Source of the DNA: Macrostomum lignano
Taxonomy: Eukaryota
Assembly: GCA_002269645.1 (NCBI GenBank)
Contig: NIVC01001799.1
Coordinates: 95,347-159,346, forward strand
Length of the DNA stretch: 64,000 nt
Direction of reading: 5' to 3'
A model generated the notes under the pieces. It searched no databases. It worked only from the letters and a program-made list of their open reading frames with translations, and was not told the origin of the DNA. Positions 13,301 to 26,219 of this stretch are shown one piece after another; position 1 is the first letter of the stretch, and each line of letters starts with the position of its first letter. A program made the translations under genes and the position numbers.

Positions 13301-14064
13301 CTGTCTACTGTCACTCTGACATGTCACTCCGTGTCTAGCGTTACTCTTACATGTCACTCCGTGTCTAGCGTTACTCTTACATGTCACTCCGTGTCTAGCC
13401 TCACTCTGACATATCACTCCGTGTCTACTGTCACTCTGACATGTCACTCCGTGTCTACTGTCACTCTGACATGTCACTCCGTGTCTACTGTCACTCTGAC
13501 ATTTCACTCCGTGTCTACTGTCACTCTGACATGTCACTCCGTGTCTAGCGTCACTCTGACATGTCACTCTGTGTCTAGTGTCACTCTGACATGTCACTCT
13601 GTGTCTAGTGTCACTCTGACATCTCACTCTGTGTCTAGTGTCACTCTGACATCTCACTCCGTGTCTAGCGTCACTCTTACATATCACTCCGTGTCTAGTC
13701 TCACTCTGACATGTCACTCCGTGTCTAGCGTCACTCTTACATGTCACTCCGTGTCTAGTCTCACTCTGACATGTCACTTCATGTCTAGTGTCACCCCACC
13801 TTGTCACTCTGCCACGTCAACTCCAAATCTAGTGTCAATCCGCCAACTCTTTCTGGATCCAATGTCACTGCCATGTCACTCCATGCTAAAATCACCCCAC
13901 CATGTCACTTTACCTTGTCCCTCTGCATCTAATTTCACTCTGGCATGTTCCTACAATTTCTTGCGCTTTATTAAATGTCACCCTGTACTCTTGTGCCATT
14001 GCAGTGCACGGAGATCGGCAAGGATGTCACGGGCTTGAAAATCAGCGCTCATCAATCGCACTGA
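4308..14064 (+). CDS. COPA: Coatomer subunit alpha (alpha-COP), 9 exons, about 1240 aa
   Basis: Exons: 4308-4347, 6773-7305, 7389-7823, 8205-8687, 9832-10084, 10531-11663, 11952-12266, 12763-13233, 14005-14064. All introns are GT-AG with consistent phases; the total of 3723 nt gives 1240 aa + stop. The N-terminus [23 protein letters not shown], the WD40 repeats, [28 protein letters not shown] and the C-terminus [13 protein letters not shown] all match the alpha-COP family. Confidence 0.97.
4664..5022. mobile_element. MITE with 91-bp terminal inverted repeats and 9-bp target-site duplication (Mutator-like, non-autonomous) in COPA intron 1
   Basis: 4664-4754 (GGCAGTGCTTATCCCC...) is the reverse complement of 4932-5022 with only about 4 mismatches. 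ATTTATAAT is directly repeated at 4655-4663 and 5023-5031. Confidence 0.9.
7839..8120 (+). repeat. 20-bp minisatellite (GTAGCTGAGATCCCATTCCG) in COPA intron 3
   Basis: Direct tandem copies visible. Confidence 0.95.
8830..9790 (+). repeat. Composite minisatellite (core CCTGATCCCTAATATC with CCTAAT / CTGGAGAGTT / CTGAGCAGTT variants) in COPA intron 4
   Basis: Tandem copies visible. Confidence 0.95.
10090..10480 (+). repeat. About 39-bp minisatellite (ATACATATCGGTGTCATCTTTACCATTTAGCATTTTTCG) in COPA intron 5
   Basis: Degenerate tandem copies visible. Confidence 0.9.
11692..11915 (+). repeat. 29-bp minisatellite (TAGGTCACTCTAATTGTCACTCCGCGTAT) in COPA intron 6
   Basis: Tandem copies visible. 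Confidence 0.93.
12326..12548 (+). repeat. 21-bp minisatellite (GTAGATTCATCTGTGGATATT / ...CTATAGATATT) in COPA intron 7
   Basis: Tandem copies visible. Confidence 0.93.
13238..13795 (+). repeat. 30-bp minisatellite (ATGTCACTCCGTGTCTACTGTCACTCTGAC) in COPA intron 8
   Basis: Tandem copies visible. Confidence 0.95.
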
Positions 14065-15983
14065 GTGATGAAATAAAGTACATTGAACAATTATAAACTC
14101 TGCTTCTTGATTGAATCTTCTTCCGCCTAGAAGATTCTTTATCTTAGCAAATTAAATGAACAGTTTCTTCTTTGCTGCTTCTGTCTGCTACAATCAGACA
14201 CATTGTGCTGATGTGTGACTGACAGGTGATTTGGGGAATCAAGCTTATTGTCAAGCACGAGTTTGTCTGTCAGCACTAAGCCGCATGCACTCTTTAACTT
14301 CCTCATCTATTAAATTGTAGATCCCCTTTATATAAAATCACAAAAATGCCAACAGGTTCATACAGTAATTCAAGCAAATTTTCAACTTCATTATTTCAGT
14401 TTTTAGGCAGTAAAAGTTTTGTTTGTTTTCTCTTTGTTAGATAAACAATTATTGGCCTGTTGCTGCTTTTGTGTTGCCTGTCTGTTGGTTGGCTGTTGTT
14501 GTTTTTTTAGTTTATTACTATATTGCCTGTCCTCTCTGCCCCTGAGTCCCCCCTGGTCAGGAGACTCACTCGGTGGTTTGCTTGTATCTGTGTGCGTCTC
14601 CTTATCAAGTTATAATTCACCCGCAAATATTTCGGTGTCTGTCATTTACCTTAGTCCCAGAGAATAATAATTCATATTTATTGATCCCAGTAAATTTCTC
14701 TACTCCCAACAATATGAGCGTAATATGCTTAGTGTGCTACTATTTGTCCGCTAACAGTAGTAGCGTGTTGCGAAGTTTATTTTTTTGATAGATTCTATTA
14801 TTAGCTGAATGGGCTATGGATTTAATTCAATTTTTTATGATTTATGATTAATGATTACTAATTATAATTGTTTGCAATGTAATAAAACCTTTGTTTGTCT
14901 GCGCGGCTACTCTCACTATAACTCACATAACCATACATACCTAATCGGTTTTTGCGTGTGAAGACCAAAACATTTCTGTTATTTTGCTGTCTGCCTGTTT
15001 TGCTTAGTCTTCTCGCATCTGACACTGAGGGTAGCCATGGAGTTGAAAAAGTTTATTAGGCATATTATAGCAAAACTGTTCGAGTGTTGTTATTGACAAA
15101 TAAATAAATATTACCATTATTACTATGGTCCTATTCCGACACCTGTTAGCTTTTGATCTGAAATATTAATTATAGCCTATAAAAGCTAGGCTAGGCTAGG
15201 CTATCTTGATAAATAGTGTTTATAATGATAGGTTGGCTTGAATGTGTTGACTTATTTTTTCGCGTAATATAGTTTTATACGATACATATCGGCAGTTGGC
15301 TGAGTACCTAACAAAGACTGTACATCTATACCTACCAACTGTCACAGATCCACCCGCGCCACGTTGAAAAAAACAAATCCGGAAAAGGTGCGATAATAAA
15401 TACTTAAGGCGCGAATTCAAATGCTTTTTTCTAAGAAAGTTTTCGTCCAGCGTATTGCAATTGTATACATAATGGAATATCGCGACTCTGTTTAAAATAA
15501 AGTACACGACGTCTATGTCCCGCTCAGCATCCATCATCAACATCCGGGAACAAATTTACCCCGGCTGCTGAATCAACAAATGGCTGATCGCATGCGAGCT
15601 GTCCATTCAGTCCCATTGTGATATCGTCTTTTTATATTCTTTTAGATTTAGGCCCGATAGATTCTTCTTATCATAATAGGATGATGCTTCTCTGACAGCG
15701 GCACTGAGCTGCACGCACAGGGCGGAAAGAATCGCATTCAGCTGTAAAACTGCTCATGCTGTGCAGGGACTGCATGGCTGATCTGTTTCCGCGATTATAA
15801 AACATAAGAATAAGCTCGTTTAGTGCACTGATCGAGTTTGTGAGGAACGGTTTGCCTCTGTTTATTACTTTTGACTGATTCCTAGGCAAAGGAAGGCTTC
15901 TAGAGAGACGCTGGAGTGCCAAATGTCAGTTTTTATTACATTTAACAATCAACATTTCTAAAATTATAGTAGAGGCAGATACT

Positions 15984-17350
15984 GACAGACACTGAGACAG
16001 ATGCTGCACGAGACAGACAAGATACTAAAACAGGACACTGAGACAGATGCTGCACGAGACAGGCACTGAGACAGACAAGATACTAAAACAGGACACTGAG
16101 ACAGATGCTGCACGAGACAGGCACTGAGACAGACAAGATACTAAAACAGGACACTGAGACAGATGCTGCACGAGACAGATAAGATACTAAAACAGGACAC
16201 TGAGACAGATGCTGCACGAGACAGACAAGATACTAAAACAGGACACTGAGACAGATGCTGCACGAGACAGACAAGATACTAAAACAGGACACTGAGACAG
16301 ATGCTGCACGAGACAGACAAGATACTAAAACAGGACACTGAGACAGATACTGCACGAGACAGGCACTGAGACAGACAAGATACTAAAACAGACACTGAGA
16401 CAGATGCTGCAAGAGACAGGCACTGAGACAGAAAAGATACTAAAACAGACACTGAGACAGATACTGCACGAGACAGGCACTGAAATAGACAAGATACTAA
16501 AACAGACACTGAGACAGATACTGCAGAGACAGGCACTGAGACAGATACTGCAGAGACAGGCACTGAGACAGACACTGAGACAGACACTGAGACAAACACT
16601 GAGACAGGCACTGAGACAGTCACTGAGACAGACACTGGGACAGACACTGAGACAGACACTGAGACAGGCCCTGAGACAGGCACTGAGACAGTCACTGAGA
16701 CAGACACTGAGACAGTCACTGAGACAGGCACTGAGACAGACACTGAGACAGGCACTAAGACAGTCACTGAGACAGATGCTGCACGAGACAGACAAGATAC
16801 TAAAACAGGACACTGAGACAGATGCTGCACGAGACAGACAAGATACTAAAACAGGACACTGAGACAGATGCTGCACGAGACAGACAAGATACTAAAACAG
16901 GACACTGAGACAGATACTGCACGAGACAGGCACTGAGACAGACAAGATACTAAAACAGACACTGAGACAGATGCTGCAAGAGACAGGCACTGAGACAGAA
17001 AAGATACTAAAACAGACACTGAGACAGATACTGCACGAGACAGGCACTGAAATAGACAAGATACTAAAACAGACACTGAGACAGATACTGCAGAGACAGG
17101 CACTGAGACAGATACTGCAGAGACAGGCACTGAGACAGACACTGAGACAGACACTGAGACAAACACTGAGACAGGCACTGAGACAGTCACTGAGACAGTC
17201 ACTGAGACAGACACTGAGACAGTCACTGAGACAGGCACTGAGACAGACACTGAGACAGTCACTGAGACAGACACTGAGACAGTCACTGAGACAGGCACTG
17301 AGACAGACACTGAGACAGGCACTAAGACAGTCACTGAGACAGACAAGAAA
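15984..17350 (+). repeat. Composite satellite built on the 12-bp unit GACAGGCACTGA/GACAGACACTGA plus longer units, with a 567-bp higher-order duplication
   Basis: Tandem copies visible. Identical repeat-derived ORFs start at 16404 and 16971 (offset 567). Confidence 0.93.
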
Positions 17351-18109
17351 CTAAAATAGACACTAGGACAGACACAATACACACTAAAACAGACACCGCA
17401 GAGACAGGCTTTTAAAACTGTAAAAAATATACCTCAAAATCCATCTTCAGTGTCTAAAATTCCTGGGTGCCTTGCCAAGCGTAAAGGGACTTATTTCCAG
17501 GAAACTTCCCAATCCGACCCCCACCGCGGATTGCCCCTCGGGTGTGGAGTGAGGACGAGGAGGAGGGGACTAAACTTGGGGATCAGCCTCTGCTGCTTTT
17601 ATCTCTCGCGGGGATTCGGAGCAGCCGAAGTGATGCAACGTCAATAATGCGGCTTGGGGATCACATCGGATGGCCTGCTGGGGAAGAGGGGCCTTGGAAA
17701 CTAAGGTTTTTTCTCGTATGCCACTGCAGCTCAGAATAGTGCAAGGCGCGCGGTTGACCCGTTCTGCAGCTGGGAGAGACTGCTTTGACTTGACCATCCC
17801 GCGGGGAGTTGTGGGGCTGCAGTGCTGCCCTGGCTGAGCCGACAATGTATGTTGCCGCGAAATTCAAGTTTCGTTCAATTTTGACTTTAATTTTTGTGAT
17901 AGCACAAAAAATTATAAATTGGATTTTACGGCATCGCTAGCAACTATATTAAGGTTTAATTAAGGCACTGCTCAGAGTTGCCAAATAAAAAAGGGGACTG
18001 ATGCAACAGGCACTGTAGGAAAAGTACATCCCATGGAAGATGCTGTCGATTTATTATAGAGGTGGAGACGTAAGTAAAATTTATGATAGGCAGGATTGGG
18101 TAGTTAAGG

Positions 18110-18540
18110 AGGGGGAGAAGTAGCTCGTAGAGAGGGGAGAGGTAGAGAGGCGAGGGGTAGAGGGGAGAGGTAGAGGGGAGAGGTAGAGAGGGGAGAGGTA
18201 TGTAGGGGAGAAGTAGACGGCAGAGGTAGAGGGGAGAGGTAGAGAGGGGAGAGGTATGTAGGGGAGAAGTAGACGGCAGAGAAGTAGAGAAGGGAGAAGT
18301 AGAGAGGAGAGAGGTAGGTAAGAGAAAGATAGACAAGAGAGAGGTAGACAGGAGAGAGGTAGACAAGAGAGAGGAAGACAAGAGAGAGGTAGACAGGAGA
18401 GAGGTAGACAAGAGAGAGGTAAACGGGAGAGAAAAAGAGGGTTAAGTAGACTGGAAAGAAATAATGAGAAGTGCAGTAAGATGGGGAGGGGTAGAGAGGG
18501 AGAGGTGGAGAGGGGAAAGGTAGAGTGTGAAGAGGCAGAG
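18110..18540 (+). repeat. Purine-rich low-complexity repeat (AGAGGTAGAGGGGAG-like)
   Basis: Visible A/G-rich degenerate tandem repeat. Confidence 0.85.
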
Positions 18541-18838
18541 ATTGTGATTGAACAAGTGCACCCGGCTGCTCAAGTCGCACGGCCCCAATCCACAGCTGCA
18601 AAGAAAACTCGATGCAATTTGGTGCCTTAAAGCGACTTGAGGAACTTGCTTAAGACGACGATTCTGTCATGAAATTGTTGCCATGCCAGTCACGTCCGCC
18701 AGCAGGCCAATCAGCTGGAAGTGAAACTTTCTGCTCCCCTGGTACTGCCCACAGAATCTGATCTCTACGTGTACTCCGGTGACCTGGGTCTTATGGGTGC
18801 TTGCTTTTTCTGGACCGGCTTTCGGTAGAGGGAACATG

Positions 18839-19300
<462 letters not shown>

Positions 19301-19696
19301 AGACACCGATAGCGGCAAGCCGCAGGCATTATCAAGCACTGAATCGGGCTCCACACGGCGGGAGCAGCTCATTCAGTTTCGAATATCTGAGCCGATCAGG
19401 GCTCATAAACCAGTTGGCTTTCGCGGGAGCCCCCGAGGGCGCCTGATCGAAACTGAGGCGATCGGGTCGAGCCTTCCGCTCCCGCTGCCGGGGAAATGTC
19501 TCCAGCCTATCCTGGGAAATAAATCATGGTTTTGTGTTCAAGAGAAGCAGCCCAGTTTTTCTTTTGAGCTGTATAAAAGAAATAATAATTTTTTGTATTT
19601 GCTCAAGGGAAACAGTCAAGTGGAAAGGCCTAGGTAGAAAGCCAAGATAATTAAGTGAGCTGTGATCTATCTGGAAATCTAGGAATCCTGGGAGTC

Positions 19697-20384
<688 letters not shown>

Positions 20385-20647
20385 ATATTATATCAAGGGT
20401 CTTATTCTCTAATGTTTTATATATCGATAGTTACTGATATCCCATTATTCTCAATTTTCTACTTGATTGAGTTTGCAGCCTCAGGCCAGCACTTGTCTAA
20501 AGCGCTGGAGCCCAAATGAGCTCAGAGAGAGCGGAGCTGGCAAGTAGGCAAGAGCCGAGAGAGCATCAAGAAGCATGGAGAGGTCAGCTGTGGTCACAAG
20601 ATGCTGATTTAATCGACCCCCTTGTAAAAGACAGCTTGATGCTGGCA

Positions 20648-20661
20648 GTTGTCATGGCAAC
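20648..20661 (+). promoter_or_regulatory. Candidate RFX X-box (GTTGTCATGGCAAC) upstream of the GPCR
   Basis: Matches the X-box consensus GTHNYY-AT-RRNAAC and is 13/14 identical to the palindrome GTTGCCATGGCAAC. It lies about 200 bp upstream of the ATG at 20860. Confidence 0.45.
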
Positions 20662-20859
20662 AAGGTTTGATAAATTTTTAACTGTTAAAATTTTCTAAAA
20701 AAGGGTAGGAAAAGACAGATTGGGAGACAGGGGCAGCCAATCCATTCGGAGAAGATCCTCATTGGTTCTCATAGGCGATAATTGCAAGCCCCAGGTATGG
20801 GAAAGGGGTACCCGACTGCGCTGCAGCCAGAAGACCGAGAGCCAGACAAAGAAGAAAGC

Positions 20860-22713
20860 ATGGACCAGCAGCAGGTCAACTGCCTGTCGGTGGCACCGTC
20901 GAACTACACGGATGTGCTGCACTACAAGCCTCTCAGAGCCGCTCTCGCGCTGGCGTGGACAGGCGTCGGGCTGATGATGTTCGCAGGAAATCTGCTGGTG
21001 ATCATCACAGTCTGGCTGAATAAAGCGATGCACACGCCTACGAACTGGTACATCTTGAATCTGGCTGTCACGGATCTGCTGGCCTCGGTTGTGGTTGTAC
21101 CGTTCAAAGGTCTGCAGCTGATGGGGCCGTGCTGGATGGCCGCGGCCGTGTTCAACAGAGTCGGCTGTCCGCTCATCAGCTTCTTCCTGATGCTGCTGGT
21201 GTTCACGAGCCTGCTCACCCTGGTTGCCATCTGCATTGAGCGGTGAGTGGGATCTGGGTTTCTTCCGAGTAAGGGATTATCTCACTTCCTCCTCATGAGG
21301 ATGGAGATCCCTCTCATCTCCATCCTCACGAAAGGAAAACTGAGAGTGACTAGACTGGGAGTGACTGAGAATAGAGAGAGAGAGAGTGACTAGACTGGGA
21401 GTGACTGAGAATAGTGAGAGAGTGACTAGACTGGGAGTGACTGAGAATAGAGAGAGAGTGACTAGACTGGGAGTGACTGAGAATAGTGAGAGAGTGACTA
21501 GACTGGGAGTGACTGAGAATAGTGAGAGAGTGACTAGACTGGGAGTGACTGAGAATAGAGAGAGAGTGACAAGACTGGGAGTGACTGAGAACAGTGAGAG
21601 AGTGACTAGACTGGGAGTGACTGAGAATAGTGAGAGAGTGACTAGACTGGGAGTGACTGAGAATAGAGAGAGAGTGACTAGACTGGGAGTGACTGAGAAT
21701 AGTGAGAGAGTGACTAGACTGGGAGTGACTGAGAATAGAGAGAGAGTGACAAGACTGGGAGTGACTGAGAATAGTGAGAGAGTGACTAGACTGGGAGTGA
21801 ATGAGAATAGTGAGAGAGTGACTAGACTGGGAGTGACTGAGAATAGAGAGAGAGTGACAAGACTGGGAGTGACTGAGAATAGTGAGAGAGTGACTAGACT
21901 GGGAGTGAATGAGAATAGTGAGAGAGTGACAAGACTGGGAGTGACTGAGAATAGTGAGAGAGTGACTAGACTGGGAGTGACTGAGAATAGAGAGAGAGTG
22001 ACTAGACTGGGAGTGACTGAGAATAGAGAGAGAGTGATAAGACTGGGAGTGACTGAGAATAGTGAGAGAGTGACTAGACTGGGAGTGACTAAGAATAGTG
22101 AGAGAGTGACTAGACTGGGAGTGACTGAGAATAGTGAGAGAGTGACTAGACTGGGAGTGACTGAGAATAGTGAGAGAGTGACTAGACTGGGACTGACTGA
22201 AAATAGAGAGAGAGTGACAAGACTGGGAGTGACTGAGAATAGTGAGAGAGTGACTAGACTGGGAGTGACTGAGAATAGTGAGAGAGTGACTAGACTGGGA
22301 GTGACTGAGAATAGAGAGAGAGTGACTAGACTGGGAGTGACTGAGAATAGTGAGAGAGTGACTAGACTGGGAGTGACTGAGAATAGAGAGAGAGTGACAA
22401 GACTGGGAGTGACTGAGAATAGTGAGAGAGTGACAAGACTGGGAGTGACTGAGAATAGTGAGAGAGTGACTAGACTGGGAGTGACTGAGAATAGTGAGAG
22501 AGTGACTAGACTGGGAGTGACTGAGAATAGAGAGAGAGTGACAAGACTGGGAGTGACTGAGAATAGAGAGAGAGTGACAAGACTGGGAGTGACTGAGAAT
22601 AGAGAGAGAGTGACTAGACTGGGAGTGACTGAGAATAGAGAGAGAGTGACAAGACTGGGAGTGACTGAGAATAGTGAGAGAGTGACTAGACTGGGAGTGA
22701 CTGAGAATAGAGA

Positions 22714-22769
<56 letters not shown>

Positions 22770-25700
22770 GAGAGAGAGAGAAGAGAGGTCACGGCGTGTT
22801 TAAAAAAATCAAAGACTTAATTAATTTAATATGGGCTACCGGTTTCGAGCCTCTGGGCTCTTCGTCAGGCCAAAAAATCTGTGTGTCATGCAATTCAAGT
22901 TGGTCTTTTAAGTATTATTTTTCTTAGTCTGATAGAATTGATGAGTAGTTGTACATATGAGGGATGTACATTTAAAACCCTGTTTTGCCTAGCTCTAACT
23001 TGTCCCAGAGGCTTTCCACCATTCATTTTAAACGACAGTATATTTGTTATAAAAAATTGTTATTTCGAAGTACTATACGATATGCGATACTATACGATTA
23101 GATGAAATGCCGGTATTGGGGGTAGGAGCATAAAAATCAATATTGAGCATACAATTAAGCAGTTTGAATAAAATAAAATAAATGACACGTGAATAAATAT
23201 TGTACTTTAATAGGGTAAAAATAGCGCATTGGTTAAAATGATTCAATGTTTCCTGGCTGAGACTTGAACTTATTGGGAGCCAGGAGGCTCTGTAAGTTAC
23301 GTTGCCGTGTAAATGCGGGCATTATGCGGGAGCCTGGTTTATTTTGTAGCTTATCAAAGTTTTTAGCAATCTCGTTGGCAAGTCAGACCGTAGATGGGTG
23401 AAAAGGAAGGACCATTGGGATGGGTCGGAGAAGATGATTGTCGACCCTGATGTTCGTACCTGGCGGTTTGTCAGTCCCTAGTCTAGCCAGTCACTAGGCA
23501 GCCTACTTTTATCGATTTTGATATTTAAGTGCCAGCTAAATCTAAAGTTGAAATTCGATTGGCTAGATGGGTACAAGTGAGCAGTGAACGCAAACACAAG
23601 TATGAGAAGTATGAGATTGCTGGGTGTCAGGCTTAGCATCATTCTTAAAGCCATAGTTTTAATTCTGAAATTTCGTCGAAGCATTGATTTCCCTATAAGA
23701 AGCTTCCGCTCCGAAGCCGCTTTCCTAACTAATCCTTTGAGAGTCTTTAGAACCTTTTAGGTATCTCAGTATCTCAGGCTTGATAAAGTATTTAGTATAA
23801 AGTTCTCAATGAACTTTCACCAGCACGACGACACAGTGGCAACTCTTTCTGCCCCTCTGCAGGCGCACAGTCCCCCTAAACCCTTTCTGCCCTTCTGCGT
23901 GCGCACAGCCCCCCCCCCCTAAACCCTTTCTGCCCCCTGCGTGCGCACAGCCCCCCCCAAACCCTTTCTGTCCCTCTGCGTGCGTACAGCCCCCCCAAAC
24001 CCTTTCTGTCCCTCTGCGTGCGCACAGCCCCCCTAAACCCTTTCTGCCCCTCTGCGTGCGCACAGCCCCCCCAAACCCTTTCTGTCCCTCTGCGTGCGCA
24101 CAGCCCCCTTAAACCCTTTCTGCCCCTCTGCGTGCGCACAGCCCCCTCCAAACCCTTTCTGTCCCTCTGCATGCGGACAACCCCCCCCCCCCACCAAAAA
24201 ACACCTACTCCCCTACTCTCACCCCTAACCCGAGTGCGCATTCCACAAAATAGAATATGTGTACAACTGCGAACTTTTCACAACCCCCTCAACTTGCAGT
24301 TTCCTGGCAATCGTGCACCCGCTGCGCAGCAGGCTATTTCAATCGAATCGTCGCACCTGCCTATTCATTTTGCTTACCTGGGCTGTGCGAGCGCCTTCTG
24401 CCTCGTGCAGGCTCTGCACGCCAAGCCGACACCATTCTATGGGGTGAGTCAGTACGGCGAGATGCGCAACCAGCATTGCCTGGATAGCCTGGACAATGTC
24501 GGCCGAAATGTCTACGTGCTGTCCTCGTTCGTCCTGCTGTTCCTGTGCCCCCTGCTGGTCGTGGCCTACACCTCCTGCGCCATCGTGCTGGCTCTAGTTC
24601 GACCCGCTCCAGTTCAACTCGAAGCCTGTCCGGGCGGCGGCGCCAGCGGCGGCAGCGGCGGAGGCGGAGGAGCCGGCGGCGGAAGCAACAGAGAGGAGAG
24701 CAAGCGGAAGGTAGTCTCAGCATCTGGTTGAATCTGACCCAAATAATTTCATACTTAAGGAATATAATGCATAGAGAATCTCATCTTGGAGAATCTTACC
24801 TGGGAATCTCACCCTATAGAATCTCACCCCATAGAATCTCACCCTATAGAATCTCACCCTATAGAATCTCACCCTATAGAATCTTACCCTATAGAATCTC
24901 ACCCCATAGAATCTCACCCTATAGAATCTCACCCTATAGAATCTCACCCTATAGAATCTCACCCTATAGAAACTCAACCTATAGAATCTCACCGAAGATA
25001 ATCTCACCCTAGAAATCCCTAGAAATAGAGATTCTCGTCATAGATCACCGTAATCACCGTAGATCACCTAAGATAATCTCACCGCAGATAATCTCACCCT
25101 AGAATATCTCACCCGAGAGAATCTTAACCCAGTGAATCTCAACCCTATCTATTCCCATTACTGCTTTGAAACGATGCAATTAAAAAATCAATCCTAAGCT
25201 CCTAATTAGCAACGGGCACAGGCCAGCACAGTCCAACTCGAAGATCCCACGATCAAAGAACACTTTGAGGCCGCGATCGATCTGCAAAACAACTTAAACT
25301 CTTTGGCTTGCCCTGCCTCAGTGGTTCCCGAGCTTCCACTCTGGCAAAAAACGGTGTTTTGAAATTCGAATCTTACAGAGCGAAAACAGAATGGCCATTC
25401 GGGAGAAAATCTTACGGAATAAAATTTCCCGATAAACTTTCGAAGCGGCCGACGGGGATGGGATGGTCCGAGATGCACACATGCAGCTTCACACTGAACC
25501 CTCAGGCTCTTACAATCCCGCTTCATCAAGCGCGTCTAAGAGAAGTTTCTCAAATTTCTCAAATTTCCAAACTTGCTCAGAAATAGAAATTGACAGCTCC
25601 CTTCTGAATAAGCGAGTGCTCAAGCTGTGTGCTTCCAAGCCCCCGAGGCTGAACACTGAGATTATAGAAATCTAATTCTATCGTTCATTTTAACTCACAG

Positions 25701-26216
25701 GTGGCCAAGATGATGGTGGTGGTGGCCTGTCTGTACCTGGTGTCCTGGGTGCCCTGGTACTCAACTAACGTGATCGGCCTGGTGTACAAGAACATGTACG
25801 ACAGGAACTACGGCTTGCTGATGGTGCTGCTGCATCTCATCGGCTTCGTGAACTCCATGAGCAACCCGATTGTGTACTATTTCATGTCGCAGAGGTTCCG
25901 TCTGGGGTACCGTCGGGCCCTTTGCTGCTGCTGTCCCGGCGCTGTCGGCGGCAGCAGCGGAGGCGGCGGCACCGTGAGCACCTACAGTCAGCACCACCAG
26001 CAGCTGCTCAAGCAGTCAACCACTCTGAAGTCGGCACCGATGCACAGACAACAGCGGAAGAGCACTGAAGAGTCCTCTGCGATCTTCTGCGAGAGGCAGG
26101 CGAAGGCCGATGACGGAGCTGGGAGCCGCGCGGAGCAGCACTTCGAGATGCAATCCCGCTGCGGCCGCCCTGCCGACTGCGGCAGCGACTCCTTTCGCGA
26201 TGACGGCTACGTCTGA
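20860..26216 (+). CDS. Class A (rhodopsin-like) peptide-type GPCR, 3 exons, about 436 aa; one apparent -1 frameshift at about 24387
   Basis: Exons: 20860-21242 (alternative ATG at 20797), 24300-24710, 25701-26216, all GT-AG. Motifs: N-glycosylation site NYT, GNLLVI (TM1), TPTNWYILNLAVTDLL (TM2), C at the top of TM3, ERFLAIVHPL, KRKVAKMM, SWVP, NSMSNPIVY...RFR. One base is missing in TM4 (TWAV/ASAF). The ligand family cannot be assigned by eye. Confidence 0.9.
21340..22785 (+). repeat. 36-bp minisatellite (ACTAGACTGGGAGTGACTGAGAATAGTGAGAGAGTG) ending in (GA)n, GPCR intron 1
   Basis: Highly homogeneous tandem copies. Confidence 0.97.
23840..24175 (+). repeat. About 38-40-bp C-rich minisatellite (CTCTGCGTGCGCACAGCCCCCCTAAACCCTTTCTGCCC), GPCR intron 1
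   Basis: Tandem copies visible. Confidence 0.9.
24775..25135 (+). repeat. 15-bp minisatellite (TATAGAATCTCACCC), GPCR intron 2
   Basis: Tandem copies visible. Confidence 0.92.
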
Positions 26217-26219
26217 CTG

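Noticed and set aside
21350-22927. 513-aa and 480-aa ORFs made of 12-aa repeats (TRLGVTENSERV)
   Set aside because: They arise from a 36-bp stop-free minisatellite that is open on both strands and lies inside GPCR intron 1. There is no start context or splice support.
23840-24175. Tandem TGCGCAC metal-response-element cores in the 38-bp repeat
   Set aside because: The 7-bp degenerate core is too easily matched by chance and there is no supporting context.
24444-24450. GTGAGT as a donor that might bypass the GPCR frameshift
   Set aside because: Using it would keep an out-of-frame hydrophilic half of TM4 and discard the ECL2 cysteine region. A 1-nt correction gives a normal 7TM topology.
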